This document shows positions 24,491-37,280 of a stretch of 64,000 nt of DNA, one piece after another. Each line of letters opens with the position of its first letter. Position 1 is the first letter of the stretch. Under the pieces are notes generated by a model that did no database searches, had not been told where the DNA came from, and saw nothing but the letters and a program-made list of their open reading frames with translations. A program made the position numbers and the translations under genes. This DNA comes from Lama guanicoe (taxonomy: Eukaryota): the NCBI GenBank assembly GCA_013239625.1, contig MU054466.1:7961770-8025769 (forward strand), given 5' to 3'.

Positions 24491-26599
24491 TTGTTATTGG
24501 GTCTAAAGGCAACATACCTGTAAATCACCTGACACACAATGCCTTCAAAATGAACTGCTAACGTAGAATTCCACGATATGACAAATGAAGATGGGATACA
24601 AAGTTTTTACCCAGACACTAACTCATTCTTACAGTCTATATAAAATCTGTGGTGGTAATTATGATGCTATGGTAGCAGTGACACAGGAAATAAATTATTT
24701 AATGGAGTTAATCACTGATGTTACTTATCTTCTTCCAACTTTCCTCAAAATTGATATTAGGGATAAATCACAAGATCTCTTTAAAGGTACTGAATTTTCA
24801 TATTCTATTTACTGGATAGTCATTGATATATTTGCAACTATCTCATGTAATATACTCATTTTGAAGATGGTTGTCCTAACGTACCAATGAATGGAAGGGT
24901 CAGAAGAGAATTCTCTGCGAGTACAGCTTAATCACCACCCTGCAAAACATTCAGTCTCTCTATCTTGTTATAGTTTAAATCTCATTTCCAGGTCCTACTA
25001 GATGGAAATTCTGGTGGCTACAGGAACAGGCGAAAATAAGAATACAATTTCCTGGAGGAATGATGAAAACATGCCTCCTGTACTTATGCGAAGGAAGCTT
25101 CAATCATAGATAATAATGGGTTCAGAAAAGTCCAATTTTTACTGCAACATGACATATCACCTTGTGTAACTGTAACGTACTCCAGCCGTAACACACTGGC
25201 AAGCTGCTTTTGTCAACTAATTGAACAATTTAATCATTTTGGTAGCTCGCCACCTACACGTCTGCCGCCGCCCTCCCTAACGCGTATACCCAGTGATATG
25301 AGTAGTAACAGCCCCCCATTGAGTTGACTTGAGTTCCAGAGTGACGTGAAGTCTGAAAAAGAAGCACGCTTTTTAAATGGTGGTGGCGACTGGGGAGGGA
25401 GCGCATAGAAATTCCAGCAGCTTCTTTTGGTTCTCTTTTTTCAGTGACTGACCTAGCTCTGAGGGGAATTAAGTACATGCTTATGATTCAATGTTAGGTT
25501 TTTTTTCCTTCTTTTTTTTTTTCCCCAGTTATGGCAGAAAGGACACTGTCTGGGCTGGCCTTATCACTCAGCTCTGTCCCTTTCAACAACTTAGCTGTTG
25601 CGTTTACCAAGCAATACCAAGAAATGCCTTTCTTAGGATGCTCTGTCTGTCTCTCTGGAATATAGAGGCTTTTTTTGTGTTTAGACCTGCCTTTCCTGCA
25701 TTTTAAATCACTACTTTCGGGATTGGATTTAGGTGGGAAGATTGTTCCTTTAGAGCGATTCCCTGGGGTTGGGTCCTTGCCATGAGTATCTGCTCTGCAG
25801 TGACTCGTAGATTCCTGCAAGCTGATAAATGCCATTTTTTTTTAATTAAAATTTTTTTTTATTTTTTTAATTTTTTTTAGATAAATACCATTTTCTACTT
25901 TCCTTATTTTCCACTCACACGGCACACTGTTTTCAGTCTTCAGAAATGAAGTGGGTACTGCCTTCTCCTTTACTCCTGCAGAAATCAAATCACGTGGACT
26001 CCTGCAGAGCACTGGAGAAATGAAACATACCCTTTAGTTGGTAACTTGATTTGACATATAAACAGATGAGCAAAGAAAGAAAAAGTACCAGAAAGAGGTT
26101 TACTTGGGAATTTCTTCTGAATTTCCTTGCTGAAGATGCTCTAAAAATGTAAAATTCGATACGTCTGAGGGAAGATAGCTGTGTTTACAGATACTTTTCA
26201 CCGAGTACCCGCTGATAAGTTCTTGTAGCTCCTGCTTGCTGTTAAACGTCACATTTTGAGGCTTAAAAAAGGAAAGGCTAAATGGAGGAGTGTTTTATGT
26301 CACTGAATAAATAAATATAAACTGTAATACTTTCCTTCCAGGAGCCAAAGAACGCTCCATGCATTTTGAAAACGCCTGGCTCACAGTCGCTTGTCTGTGC
26401 GGATTGAAGCATTCTTTTGAATGGTCAAAGTAGACAAAAACTTGATTACAGAAGGGATTTTCTCAAAAGAGATCCTATATTTTATCTTACTACTCAATCC
26501 AGGCTAAAATCATAAAGAGATCAGGGGGAAATAAAAACCTACAAACCAAAACCAAAATATCACCAAAAACTGCCTCCTTTCCTTCATCACTACCAAAGG

Positions 26600-27110
26600 C
26601 AGCCAAAACATGTCTGCAGCGAGGGAAGTATCTGTAGCCTCCAGGAGCTTTGATACAATCAAGGCCAGTGAGACGTGCCAGACCCTTTCCCTTTTTCCCA
26701 GAGGCTGGAGCTTGCTGCTTTCACATTTGGCTTTTAAATGACAAGCAAGGGAGCCTGCCAATAAAGCGGCGGAGCAAGCTAAGAAAACAAACAAACAAAG
26801 CAATCCTGCCCTAGACGGGGAGGCCCGTGACAGGTATGATTGATCAGGTGTCCAGCTGGAAGCTGTCACCACCGAGCTGAGAGAAACAGGCAGAGCTGGG
26901 CATGTTTCACGGGCCAGAGACTAGCACGGGGTATGAGGTAGGTAGCATTCTTCAGCAAACAAAGACACTGAAAGGATGGAGCTTGCCTGGCCGGAGCCAC
27001 ACGCCTCACGGAGATGCTTGCCATGTGACTCTCCTCGCGCAAAGGGATACTCGAAACTAAACATAGTGGGTTTCCTCTGGGAAAGTCTTGCTGGAGGAAA
27101 CTGCCCTGCA
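26600..27110. promoter_or_regulatory. CpG-retaining, motif-rich putative enhancer/promoter
   Basis: About 14 CpG in 26760-27110; (aaac)n forkhead-like run; RRRCWWGYYY half-sites at 26606, 26898 and 26979; gggtttcc and gggaaagtct kB-like sites. Confidence 0.3.
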
Positions 27111-28572
27111 CGACACACTAGGTCTTTCTGTCTGTACGTTCTTGCTCTGAGACAGACTGAATGCTTTCTTCGTTGCTGAAATAAGTGTCTGTTTTTGGCA
27201 TATAATTTCTTTAGCATCAAAACAGTCCATGGGGAGGTGCACTTTAACAAACTTCAAGACTTAAATTCTAATTACGGCGAAATTTCCCTGTTGCTTTAAT
27301 GAGGAAAATAGAAACCCTGCCAACTCTATGGTATTGTCTTTAGAATCAAATAGAATAATACCACATTTCCTTGATTTTAACATGTCATGGATTATAATAA
27401 GGCTTGTAGAAAGTTTTTGAGCAAAGAGAGCCTTTTTGCACACTAGGCAAGCATTGTGATTTTGAGATTAAGCCCACTAATTGAGAAATATTAAAATATG
27501 AACAAAAGGTGCACATGAAAATCAAGGAAACAAGATATATATGAAAATATTTTATAAGAATAAAGTGCTGGAAACATGCAAGGTATTACTAACAATTATA
27601 TTACAATAAAAACATGTTAATAATATGGAATTAATAATATGCCGCTTGTTATAAAGGTAGTAACCTTGAATAACACAAAGTCTTCATATACACAGATGGA
27701 ACTTAAATTCACATATACTAAAAATTAAATTAACGGAATAGAAATCCCAAAGTTTATTACATATGAACACAAGAAAATATCAACTTAATGGATAAATCCT
27801 GAAAACTTCAGCCTGCTTCTTTTCACTCCAACAAACACACATATCTTGTGAATAAATGACCTAACTTAGGCTGTAATATTTATTTGGTCCTTGTTTCTGG
27901 TAAGCGCACAATTTATGTTTACAAATACAGCATTTGTTTTCTAATATTTAGTGTCAAACGAAGGTAATCAAATGACACTGTAGGACTGACTGAGATGTTG
28001 ATTTTTATCTGGAGAAAACTGTATAGCTTTAGCATTTTAAGTCTAGATTAAACAAATTGTTTCCCCCATTTTTTATGACCCAAGATTCATGTAAATGATG
28101 CAGATTCTTTAACAAACTTCCTAGAGATTCAAGTTTTCTATTATTAGCCATTTTACCAGGATTCAAAAAGTGACATTTATATTGGACAACTGTTCATTTT
28201 CACTGGCATTTCAGAGCTTTAAATATAAAATGGCTTCCTTATCAGTAGCTTGAGACTCAGCACTGGCCTTCTGTAGTATTTAACACACCCTACCAAGGAG
28301 ACAGCAGGGGTATGGGGGAGGAAACCCTAGATAAGTATTTCCTTGACTATCTCTGCCAGGGCATGCAGCATGCTGAAAAATACACATTTTTATCTCAAGT
28401 TTTATGTCTGTCATTTGAAGATATATACAGAAATTACTGGCAGTGAAAGATGAAGAAATAAATCATCAAGATCTTTTTCTGTGTGGCCAAATTCTGGTCT
28501 CTTGCCAAAATATTTTGGTAAAATATTGGTGATGGGAAGGCTGTGAGCATAGAATAAAGCTATTTCCATAGG

Positions 28573-28750
28573 TCAGTGGTTTCCAGATTTGGTGCCTTCT
28601 CAGAATCACCTGAGAGGTGAAACATACCCACATTTGCAGGTCCACCCTTGGAGATTCTGAGGCTGTAGGTCTGGGACGGGGGGTCCCAGGACAATGTGTG
28701 TTTCAAGCATCTCAGGTGATTCTAATTTAGAGCTGGAAACTGTGGCCACA
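28573..28750. mobile_element. hAT-Charlie MER5A
   Basis: cagtggtttcca...cagaatcacctgagagg...gagattctga...taggtctggga...caggtgattctaat. Confidence 0.8.
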
Positions 28751-31700
28751 CAATTCAAATGAACTTTCTAGACTCATTAATAATGTAACAATGTGGAAAA
28801 AATGTTATTTCCTCAGCAGGAGAATTTTTTTTTTCCTCTTTCATGTTGGAAGAATATTTGATAAACCACTTGGCAGAGGTGGGGAAAATGCTCAAGGGAA
28901 ATGTTTAAGGAACAAAAGATGGTCCCTGGCTTCATTCTAAACTTTAGTCTTGCCGAATGGGGTATATAAACTAAGGGTATGAGATGAATTATTGTGGACA
29001 AAAGGGGAGAAACTTTCAAAGGTTGTACATGGAAAAGAAAATAGGGGTAAAGGCAAGTGGTTCTTAGTTCAGCTAATTCAGAACCCGCTGCCGAAATTTT
29101 TAGTAAACGGATTCATGTTTGTTGTCATTCCTGTCACTGCCTCTGATACCGCACGCAGATAACCAAGGTCGGTAATCTATTAGGGTCCAGAGATCTAGTT
29201 TGAGAGTCATTGTCAGTGGTTACGTTAATGTCAACTCTCCTCTTTAAAACTATAGTCCCCGAGGGGATCCAATCTAATGATTAGTGAGACCCAGTCATCC
29301 TCAAACGCACTGCCCATGAACACGTGCAGCAATGAGAGAATAAAACAGAAGCATTTCCTCTAGATGATTTATCGGAACAGTCAATTGTCTTGGTTAATTT
29401 AATGCTGAGTGGCAACTGTCCAACCTACCCCCAGAATGACGACGCATTTTGGGGAAGGCCAGAAGACGTTCCACGAGGAGTGATTACATACTTGATTGTC
29501 TTCAGGAAGCTGGAGTTAATGGTCGTTCGATAATGATCTAAATGTCAAAGGATAGAACAACTGGCCCCCTCTGACATCACTCATTTCCCCCCTTTTCCCC
29601 TCCCCGTGAACAGTGCTTCATTTTTAACCACTTAATTCTACATGGAAAATAAGGTCAGTACATACTTTTTTAAGCAATTCATACACTGCTACGTAGATTT
29701 GAGGTTCCAGAAACTCTAACCTAGTTTATTAAAAACACAGTCCAGATAAGGTGAGGAATAATAAAGATGTTCACGCTCTGACTGACTGTAAACCAGGGCT
29801 AGGAGGTTTCTTAGGGGAAGGCGTTACCGAGAAGCAGCACGCCTGTGACTCGTCCTTCACACACCGCAGGTTAGTGGCAAAATGATGAGGGCATTCTGCG
29901 CTGCGTGAGTGAACGAGATCCTTGTTTTTAAGACAAGGCGTGGAGCACAATATTGTCAAAATCGTGTTTTCCAAGGTGTATTTATTTTTATTTTTAATGG
30001 GACAAAATTATTCCCAGCTGTGCCACACTCTCCCCGTGCCCATTACTTTTTAATGAATCTTACAATAAGATGATTAATTCTACACACTTGGAGGCTTTGG
30101 GCTGAATGTTGTTGATTGAGCAATTACGTTAATCCACTTCTGCTTGTTTTTTTGGAAGCCCGATGATGAAGGTAATTTTTCCCCTCTTTGGACTGGTCCC
30201 TCTAGAAGTATTAGGCACGTGTGAAAGGAGGTTTACACACATTTCTAAGGGCTACCCTTGTTATTAATAATCAGTTTTAAGCTGCAGGCTCCAATCTGGT
30301 TGTTTTAGTCCTGCTGATAAAGTTCATGACAGCACTTGGTTTCTTTTCCCAGCTTAGACTTTGATATCACGCACCAGCCCTAAAACATCCCAGGAGTTTG
30401 CAATGGAATACATTAAATAAAAACACAACAGGAGATGAGCGACTACTTGACTTAGCCGAGCACGCACGGCTTTTGTTTTCAAAAATGATGAAGAGGAAGG
30501 AAATAATACAAATAAAGGTAAAGGTTCCAGAGAGTGGAGTAGAACATGTTAGTAGGTGTGTGGTGGAGACCAGCGAGGTCAGTTTAGGCGCTGGTTTGGG
30601 AGCCAGTGTGGGTTTTACAGAACAACCAAGAGGTACTGACAGGATTTCTTGATAGGACAGGCAGAAAAAGTGGTATCAACCGTAAGTGGAAAGTCACCTG
30701 AACACTTATCAACAGCCTCAACATTTCTCGAGAGGCCCGTATGACGGTGTGAACAAAGATGGAGAATTACAGAACAATCCACGTAAGACGGGGCATTGGA
30801 TTATGTGATGTTGATTTTGCGCATTGTTTTTCATTTCCTCCCGTGTATGACCTTCCATGTGAAGAGTTTCTTATTTCTTTGTGGACCTTGTTGGGTTGGG
30901 TTGAGCCCCGTGAGATAGCCAATATTCGATCACTTTTGGCTAACTGAAACAGCAATTTAGATGGTTTAAAATCATAAATATACAAAGTAAGCCTGTAACA
31001 GGGGTTTTATTTCCTTCTTACTTGGTTCTTTTAGTTGCTGCCATTACTATTACAGGAGGAAAAGTGTTAACCTTGGAGACTTCCTACATGGTCTTTCGGC
31101 CCACCGTATGACTGCAGGGAACCCTGTCTTAAACCACTGGTTCCTCCTGAGAAGATTCAGGACTCCTGTGGTAGAGAACAAGGAAGGAACTGGGAGAGGA
31201 TGAAACCAGAGAGCTCTGCACGTGTGAAGGCTGGAGGTTCCATTTTAGCGGAGTGGGAAGGTGGGATGACAGCTGTACCGTGGAAGGGAAATGGCTGATG
31301 GCAGCAAAAGTAAGTTTGCTGGTAGGTAGTTTGGCGACAGATTATATTTTCATTTCATTCCCTTCGAACGTTGGTGAAGGATTTGAATTTGACTAGCTTC
31401 AAAGAACGTCCTTATCAAATCTGAAAGGAATTAAACCATATGTGCATGAAATTGTTTTCTCCTGCCTCTGTTGTATGATTCAATGTAAAGTTAAATTTTG
31501 TACTGTATTATTTATATTATGTATCTCTGTCATTGTGTGAATTATACATTCAAAAACACACACTACAACGTTAAAAGACATAAAACTTAAAACCATGCAT
31601 GGTCCTGATTATGGGTGATTCACAGGTGAGTATGTGAAATTTATCTATCTTGAAATTACTTTTGGTCACTTGGACTGAGTCCTTAGGACACTGCTTTGAG

Positions 31701-32232
31701 ACAAGCTCCACGGAGCAAACTCAGTTTACAAACTGCATACTTTCTTTACAAGAGAATATCAAGCTTATTGAGTCGTTCTGTTCCCCACATAATATCTTAC
31801 CTATCCTGCAACTCTAAGGGCTTTAAAATCTGCCTTGTTTAAATCTGGCCTTATCAGAGAATTACTTATGTGGCCAAACTGATTTCTTTAGATGTTATTC
31901 TGATGTCTTTTCCTTATTTTCCAACAGGTTTTTACAATTTTTTATTTATTTATTTTATTTATGTTTACTTATGAAATGATAATGCTCTGTTTGTAAGCAA
32001 TAATGGCGCGCCTGTTAAAGGAAAAGGAAGCTGATTTTAATTTGAAATTTAGTAGACTAAACAATGACGATGAAACCGGGCTCCAGCCATGAGGCTCCTT
32101 ACCTTTCTTTGGCTGATTTCATGAATAGTAGACACCAAATATATCTGAACTCTTTTCACACACACTTGTGCAGCCAGACTCAAAGCTAAACATCCAATTC
32201 AAATCTGTACAATATTCCCTAGGTCATGTAAG

Positions 32233-32234
<2 letters not shown>

Positions 32235-32268
<34 letters not shown>

Positions 32269-33070
32269 GTGTGTTTGTGGTGTGTATGATGTGTGTGTAT
32301 GTGGTGTGTGTATATGTGTCTGTGTCTGTGTGTGGTGGGGGGGTTGTGGGGGGGGTGGGGGGAGGTGTGTNNNNNNNNNNNNNNNNNNNNNNNNNNNNNN
32401 NNNNNNNNNNNNNNNNNNNNNNNNNNNNNNNNNNNNNNNNNNNNNNNNNNNNNNNNNNNNNNNNNNNNNNNNNNNNNNNNNNNNNNNNNNNNNNNNNNNN
32501 NNNNNNNNNNNNNNNNNNNNNNNNNNNNNNNNNNNNNNNNNNNNNNNNNNNNNNNNNNNNNNNNNNNNNNNNNNNNNNNNNNNNNNNNNNNNNNNNNNNN
32601 NNNNNNNNNNNNNNNNNNNNNNNNNNNNNNNNNNNNNNNNNNNNNNNNNNNNNNNNNNNNNNNNNNNNNNNNNNNNNNNNNNNNNNNNNNNNNNNNNNNN
32701 NNNNNNNNNNNNNNNNNNNNNNNNNNNNNNNNNNNNNNNNNNNNNNNNNNNNNNNNNNNNNNNNNNNNNNNNNNNNNNNNNNNNNNNNNNNNNNNNNNNN
32801 NNNNNNNNNNNNNNNNNNNNNNNNNNNNNNNNNNNNNNNNNNNNNNNNNNNNNNNNNNNNNNNNNNNNNNNNNNNNNNNNNNNNNNNNNNNNNNNNNNNN
32901 NNNNNNNNNNNNNNNNNNNNNNNNNNNNNNNNNNNNNNNNNNNNNNNNNNNNNNNNNNNNNNNNNNNNNNNNNNNNNNNNNNNNNNNNNATGTGGTGTGT
33001 TTGTGGTGTGTATGATGTGTGTGTATGTGGTGTGTGTATATGTGTCTGTGTCTGTGTGTGTGGTGGGTGG
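32235..33070. repeat. (TG)n / GT-rich compound repeat with G-tracts, interrupted by a gap
   Basis: Perfect (TG)n then degenerate TG and G-runs; 32990-33070 repeats 32266-32340 almost exactly. Confidence 0.9.
32371..32989. other. Assembly gap
   Basis: Run of N. Confidence 0.99.
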
Positions 33071-33475
33071 NNNNNNNNNNNNNNNNNNNNNNNNNNNNNN
33101 NNNNNNNNNNNNNNNNNNNNNNNNNNNNNNNNNNNNNNNNNNNNNNNNNNNNNNNNNNNNNNNNNNNNNNNNNNNNNNNNNNNNNNNNNNNNNNNNNNNN
33201 NNNNNNNNNNNNNNNNNNNNNNNNNNNNNNNNNNNNNNNNNNNNNNNNNNNNNNNNNNNNNNNNNNNNNNNNNNNNNNNNNNNNNNNNNNNNNNNNNNNN
33301 NNNNNNNNNNNNNNNNNNNNNNNNNNNNNNNNNNNNNNNNNNNNNNNNNNNNNNNNNNNNNNNNNNNNNNNNNNNNNNNNNNNNNNNNNNNNNNNNNNNN
33401 NNNNNNNNNNNNNNNNNNNNNNNNNNNNNNNNNNNNNNNNNNNNNNNNNNNNNNNNNNNNNNNNNNNNNNNNNNN
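33071..33475. other. Assembly gap
   Basis: Run of N. Confidence 0.99.
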
Positions 33476-34490
33476 ACACCTGAGTCCACTTAATCTGCTC
33501 CAGCACAGACACTATAGCTGGAACAGCAGCCACGACAGGAGTTGGTACGTGGCTGAGTAATGGTTATTTCACTGTCACCCTGAAAAGCCACCCAATATAT
33601 TTAGAGCGCCTTAGGTCGTTACGGGTAGTGTCAACCTCTTTCTTCTTCCTCCATGAGATACACAGTCGTTTTGGACTTATGATCTTAGCTTAGCGTCCCA
33701 CATGGCCTTCCCCGCAGTAATAAATATTACAACACATGCCCCCAAACAGATAATTTATCAAGTATCAAGGATGTCTATTTAATTACACCTCTAGGAGCTG
33801 TAACACAGGTGCTGGGTAGGTCCACGGCTATTTTGGCCTCACTGGGAAGCGGACCTCTGCAAGAACTGCACAATTATATAGCCCCAAAGTACTCCATCTA
33901 CGCTGAGGCAATGGTGATGCTTCTGGCTACTGGGTATGCCATCTTGAACATTTTGTTCCAAAATTCTTGAAATCCCTGAAATGTCTGCTAATATATTTGG
34001 CATGATGTTGCACTGTCCCTTGTAGGGATCCAGCCTCTTCTTCAGTCAATGGCTTCTAGATCTGAAGTCACTCAGGTTCAAAAACCAGGCAAAGGATTTT
34101 GACCTTTCATTACTGTGGTTGACTTCAGTTCCCTTATCAGCCCTCTTTCATTTATTGTTTTGTTGCAAAGTTTGAGCAGTAACTTTTTTGGCCACCAGTC
34201 TAGCATATCCCTATGCACATGGTTTTACCACTCTACACAGCCCTGTGTAGAACAAGGGCCCCTAAATGTCATCTTTACTTTGCATTCAGTGTAATAACTG
34301 TACCCACTTTGCCTATGGTGATAAAAACAACCTGCCGTCCCTACCATTTTGACATCCATTCAGTCCCATTACCATCAGGAGCCAAATTCTGTAACAATAT
34401 CCCCTCCCATTGGAGGACAGCCAGTTTCCTACAGAGGACAGCCACCACCACTAAGTTTCTCTAATAATGTCAGCGCTATTATGTCTAGAA
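33476..34490 (-). mobile_element. ERVL-class endogenous retrovirus internal remnant (gag end, pro, start of RT); decayed
   Basis: Minus-strand translation AAVPAIVSVLEQI matches the ERVL RT motif AAAVPDVVSLLEQI; 34020-34090 matches the ERVL gag/pol junction (LSQFTDPEPLE*RGGRVPLRKDP-like). Confidence 0.75.
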
Positions 34491-34499
34491 AAATCTCAA

Positions 34500-34725
34500 T
34501 ATGTTTTCTTTACTCTTACAGTACAATTCACTTCGGACACCAGATATGTGGGTTTCCCACACATCAAGCAGTTCTCCCCAATACCAGCCTGGTGTCCTAG
34601 AGGCCAATTCAATCCTGACACTATGTGCCTGGAGTTAGTGTCAGGTCCCGCAAGTTAAGTGCTCAGTCCTACAAGATGGCCCCCACTTCGGATTATGTCA
34701 AAGTTGGAGTCGCTTTTACCTGCCA
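34500..34725 (-). mobile_element. MER21-type ERVL LTR, 3' part
   Basis: cacttcggacaccagatatgtgggtttcccacacatcaagcag...aattcaatcctgacactat...gctcagtcctacaagatggcccccacttc is the reverse complement of the recalled MER21 LTR 3' end. Confidence 0.75.
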
Positions 34726-36194
34726 TTAACTTGCGTTTCCTCCACATTGATGCGGTTGTGCACCAAAGGCTTTTAGATCAGTGTTGGTTGATGATCTGCT
34801 TGCCTCCTCCTGCTTTATTGTTACCAAACCAGACTTCAAAAACGTAGCATTTAACTCCATAATGATTATTCTATTCAATTCACTGGAAGTAAAATTTTGG
34901 CTTTTTGTATTTTCCATATTTTTAGGAAGGAAAGGTGAGTTCCTAGGAGAATTCGGAAGAGAATATTATTCGCTTCCTGAATGCAGTTCAAAGGGTTGCT
35001 GACTCACTGCAGTAATACTAGACCCCGTGAAAACCCCACTGGACCTCGGAAGGTGTTGAAGGGATAGGAAAGGCGTAAATGGACTTCAAAGGTTCCTTCC
35101 CATCTGGTGAGTCCCCCAGTGACCGACCTAAAAGAGGATGGAGAAGAGAGAAGGCTCGAGTAATATTATGAGAGTAGCGTTTTCCACTCACGTTCAGGAA
35201 GCCACTGAGACAAAAGGCACCGAGCAGCAGCCACGGGGCTGGGAGGCTGAAAAACACGCTGTCTCCTCCGTTATTTCCGCACAATATTCATGCCCATCTC
35301 TTAATTTGTTTTTGGAAGGAACTATTTAAAGATACAGATTTTTTTTTTAAAGACTGACCTGTATTTTTTAATACATTTTTTTAAAAACTCTCTTCTGATA
35401 AAATTATTTCAATTTTTTCTTTTCCTTCATCAGACAAAAATATCAATGTGGACAATAAAGTGGAGTTGGTTTATATTCCCCTCGAGTGAAATAGCGAAGG
35501 AAGTTTTTGCCAGCCTAATGGCATTATTCAGAGATTTTTATATCATGTGGTTATGAGGTTCAAGGCTACTTTATAGCAAACTATTCTCTCCTATGCCAGC
35601 CTTAAGCTATGCATTAAAAAACACGAATTCTATACGTTCAGTTCCTTATCTCTGATCACCATGTCTTTAATTCCTTTTGGTGTTAACTGTTACTTTCAAC
35701 ACAGTAAATGCTGAGACTATTGGAAAGCAATGCAGTCTAGACCATCAGTTTATTTATCTTTCCTGCTTTTTGTGATTTAGCAAATCTCTGCAAACCTAAT
35801 TCTTGATGAGAAACTATTCTAGAATACAACTCGACGAGAATGCGTCCCTCCTCAGTAAGGTCTCCAAATTTAAGATAAAATTCTATGAAACGTTTCATGG
35901 GCACTGAGGATGTCACATTAGTATGTGCAACGCTGATCCATGTAGTTTTAGACAGAAAAACCAAAGTCTACAGATTTCTTTTAGAGAGAAGGTTTTCCCT
36001 CAAGCAGAAAAAAAAAAAAAAAGGAAGTTCCACATTTTCTACGTCCATTTCCTTAAAAGTGCTGATCTCAAAGAAGAGTGAAAATTGCATCTCATGTTTA
36101 TGTTTCCTGCCACAGAGGGAATGTTCATTTGTTTGCTTTGCTTCCCCCAAGTATAGTCTCATCACCATGCTATGCAGTGATCCATCACTTTAAG

Positions 36195-37280
36195 AACCAA
36201 TAAAATACACTTCCTCTAGTTTTCTTTGTTTTGTTTTCTGATGAGAAATCTGTAGTCTCTCAAATGGTTGCTTCCCTATATGTAATTTTTTATTTTCCCC
36301 CCTCTGGCTGCCCTCAAAACTTTCTGTAATTTTTATCATAGTTTGATTATGGGATGTCAGGTGTAGATTTTTTTTTTCCTTCATTCCGTTTGGGATTCAC
36401 TGAGCCTCTTCATTCTGAAAATTTACATCAGTTGCCAAATGCACAGTTTTCAGCCATTATTCCTTCAGTTATTTTTCTGTACCACACGCCTTCTTTTATC
36501 TCTTTCTCAAACTCTGATATCACGACCCCCTGACTTTTGGATTTAATCACACAGGTATCTGAGGCTCTGTTCATTTATTTTTCAGTGTTTTTTTCTCTGT
36601 TGTTCAGAAGGAATAATTTCTATTGATCTATCTTCACTGACTCCACTATCATCTCCATTTTACTACTGATTTTTTAAAAATTTTAGTTTATTTTATTCGG
36701 GGTTCTAATTTTTTTATTTGGTTCTTTTTTATAGCTTCTATTTCCCTACTGAGACTTTTCATTCATTTTAAGAGCATTTTGTCTTACCATCTGGAGCCGC
36801 GTTACAATGGTTGCTATAAAATGACCTGTCTGATAATTCCAACGTTGAAATGATCTGTTATCTGTTTCACCCCCTGCAAGTTGTCAGTATTTTCCTGGTT
36901 CTTCACAATAATATACTTGTGGATTGGATCCTTATGGTATGAGATTCTGGATTATTTTAAAATTCTATGGATTGTTTTAGCAGACAGTCAGCTCAGTTAA
37001 GTTCACAACACAAGTAATAACCTATCTTTCAATATCCATTCATTTTTTTTTAAACTGTACAGTACTATTCTGATGTCTTCCATATGTGTCCTAACCAGGG
37101 AGAAATCTGAGCCTTTCTGATATTGTCCTACTGGTTCCTAGGACTTTGTTAATGCTTTTTAATTCTTTTTCTTTCTTTTTTTCATATTAAATAATATTTG
37201 TTAATTTATCTTCAGGTTCACTGACTCTTTACTCTGTTACGTCCCATTCTGCCATTGAGCCCATAAAATGAATAATTATT
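36195..37280 (-). mobile_element. Ancient L1M ORF1-region fragments
   Basis: ttctgatgagaaatctgtagtc, gtttgggattcactgagcctctt and ttttcagccattattccttca are antisense L1 ORF1 signatures. Confidence 0.75.

Noticed and set aside
24585-24890. 101-aa ORF
   Set aside because: No recognisable domain or supporting signals; within chance expectation
28505-28518. 14-bp palindrome ccaaaatattttgg
   Set aside because: A short AT-rich palindrome is expected by chance in 64 kb
32168-33560. Long ORFs of 154-444 aa
   Set aside because: Artefacts of N-gaps and (TG)n repeats; only the AAVPAIVSVLEQI piece is meaningful, as an ERVL RT remnant
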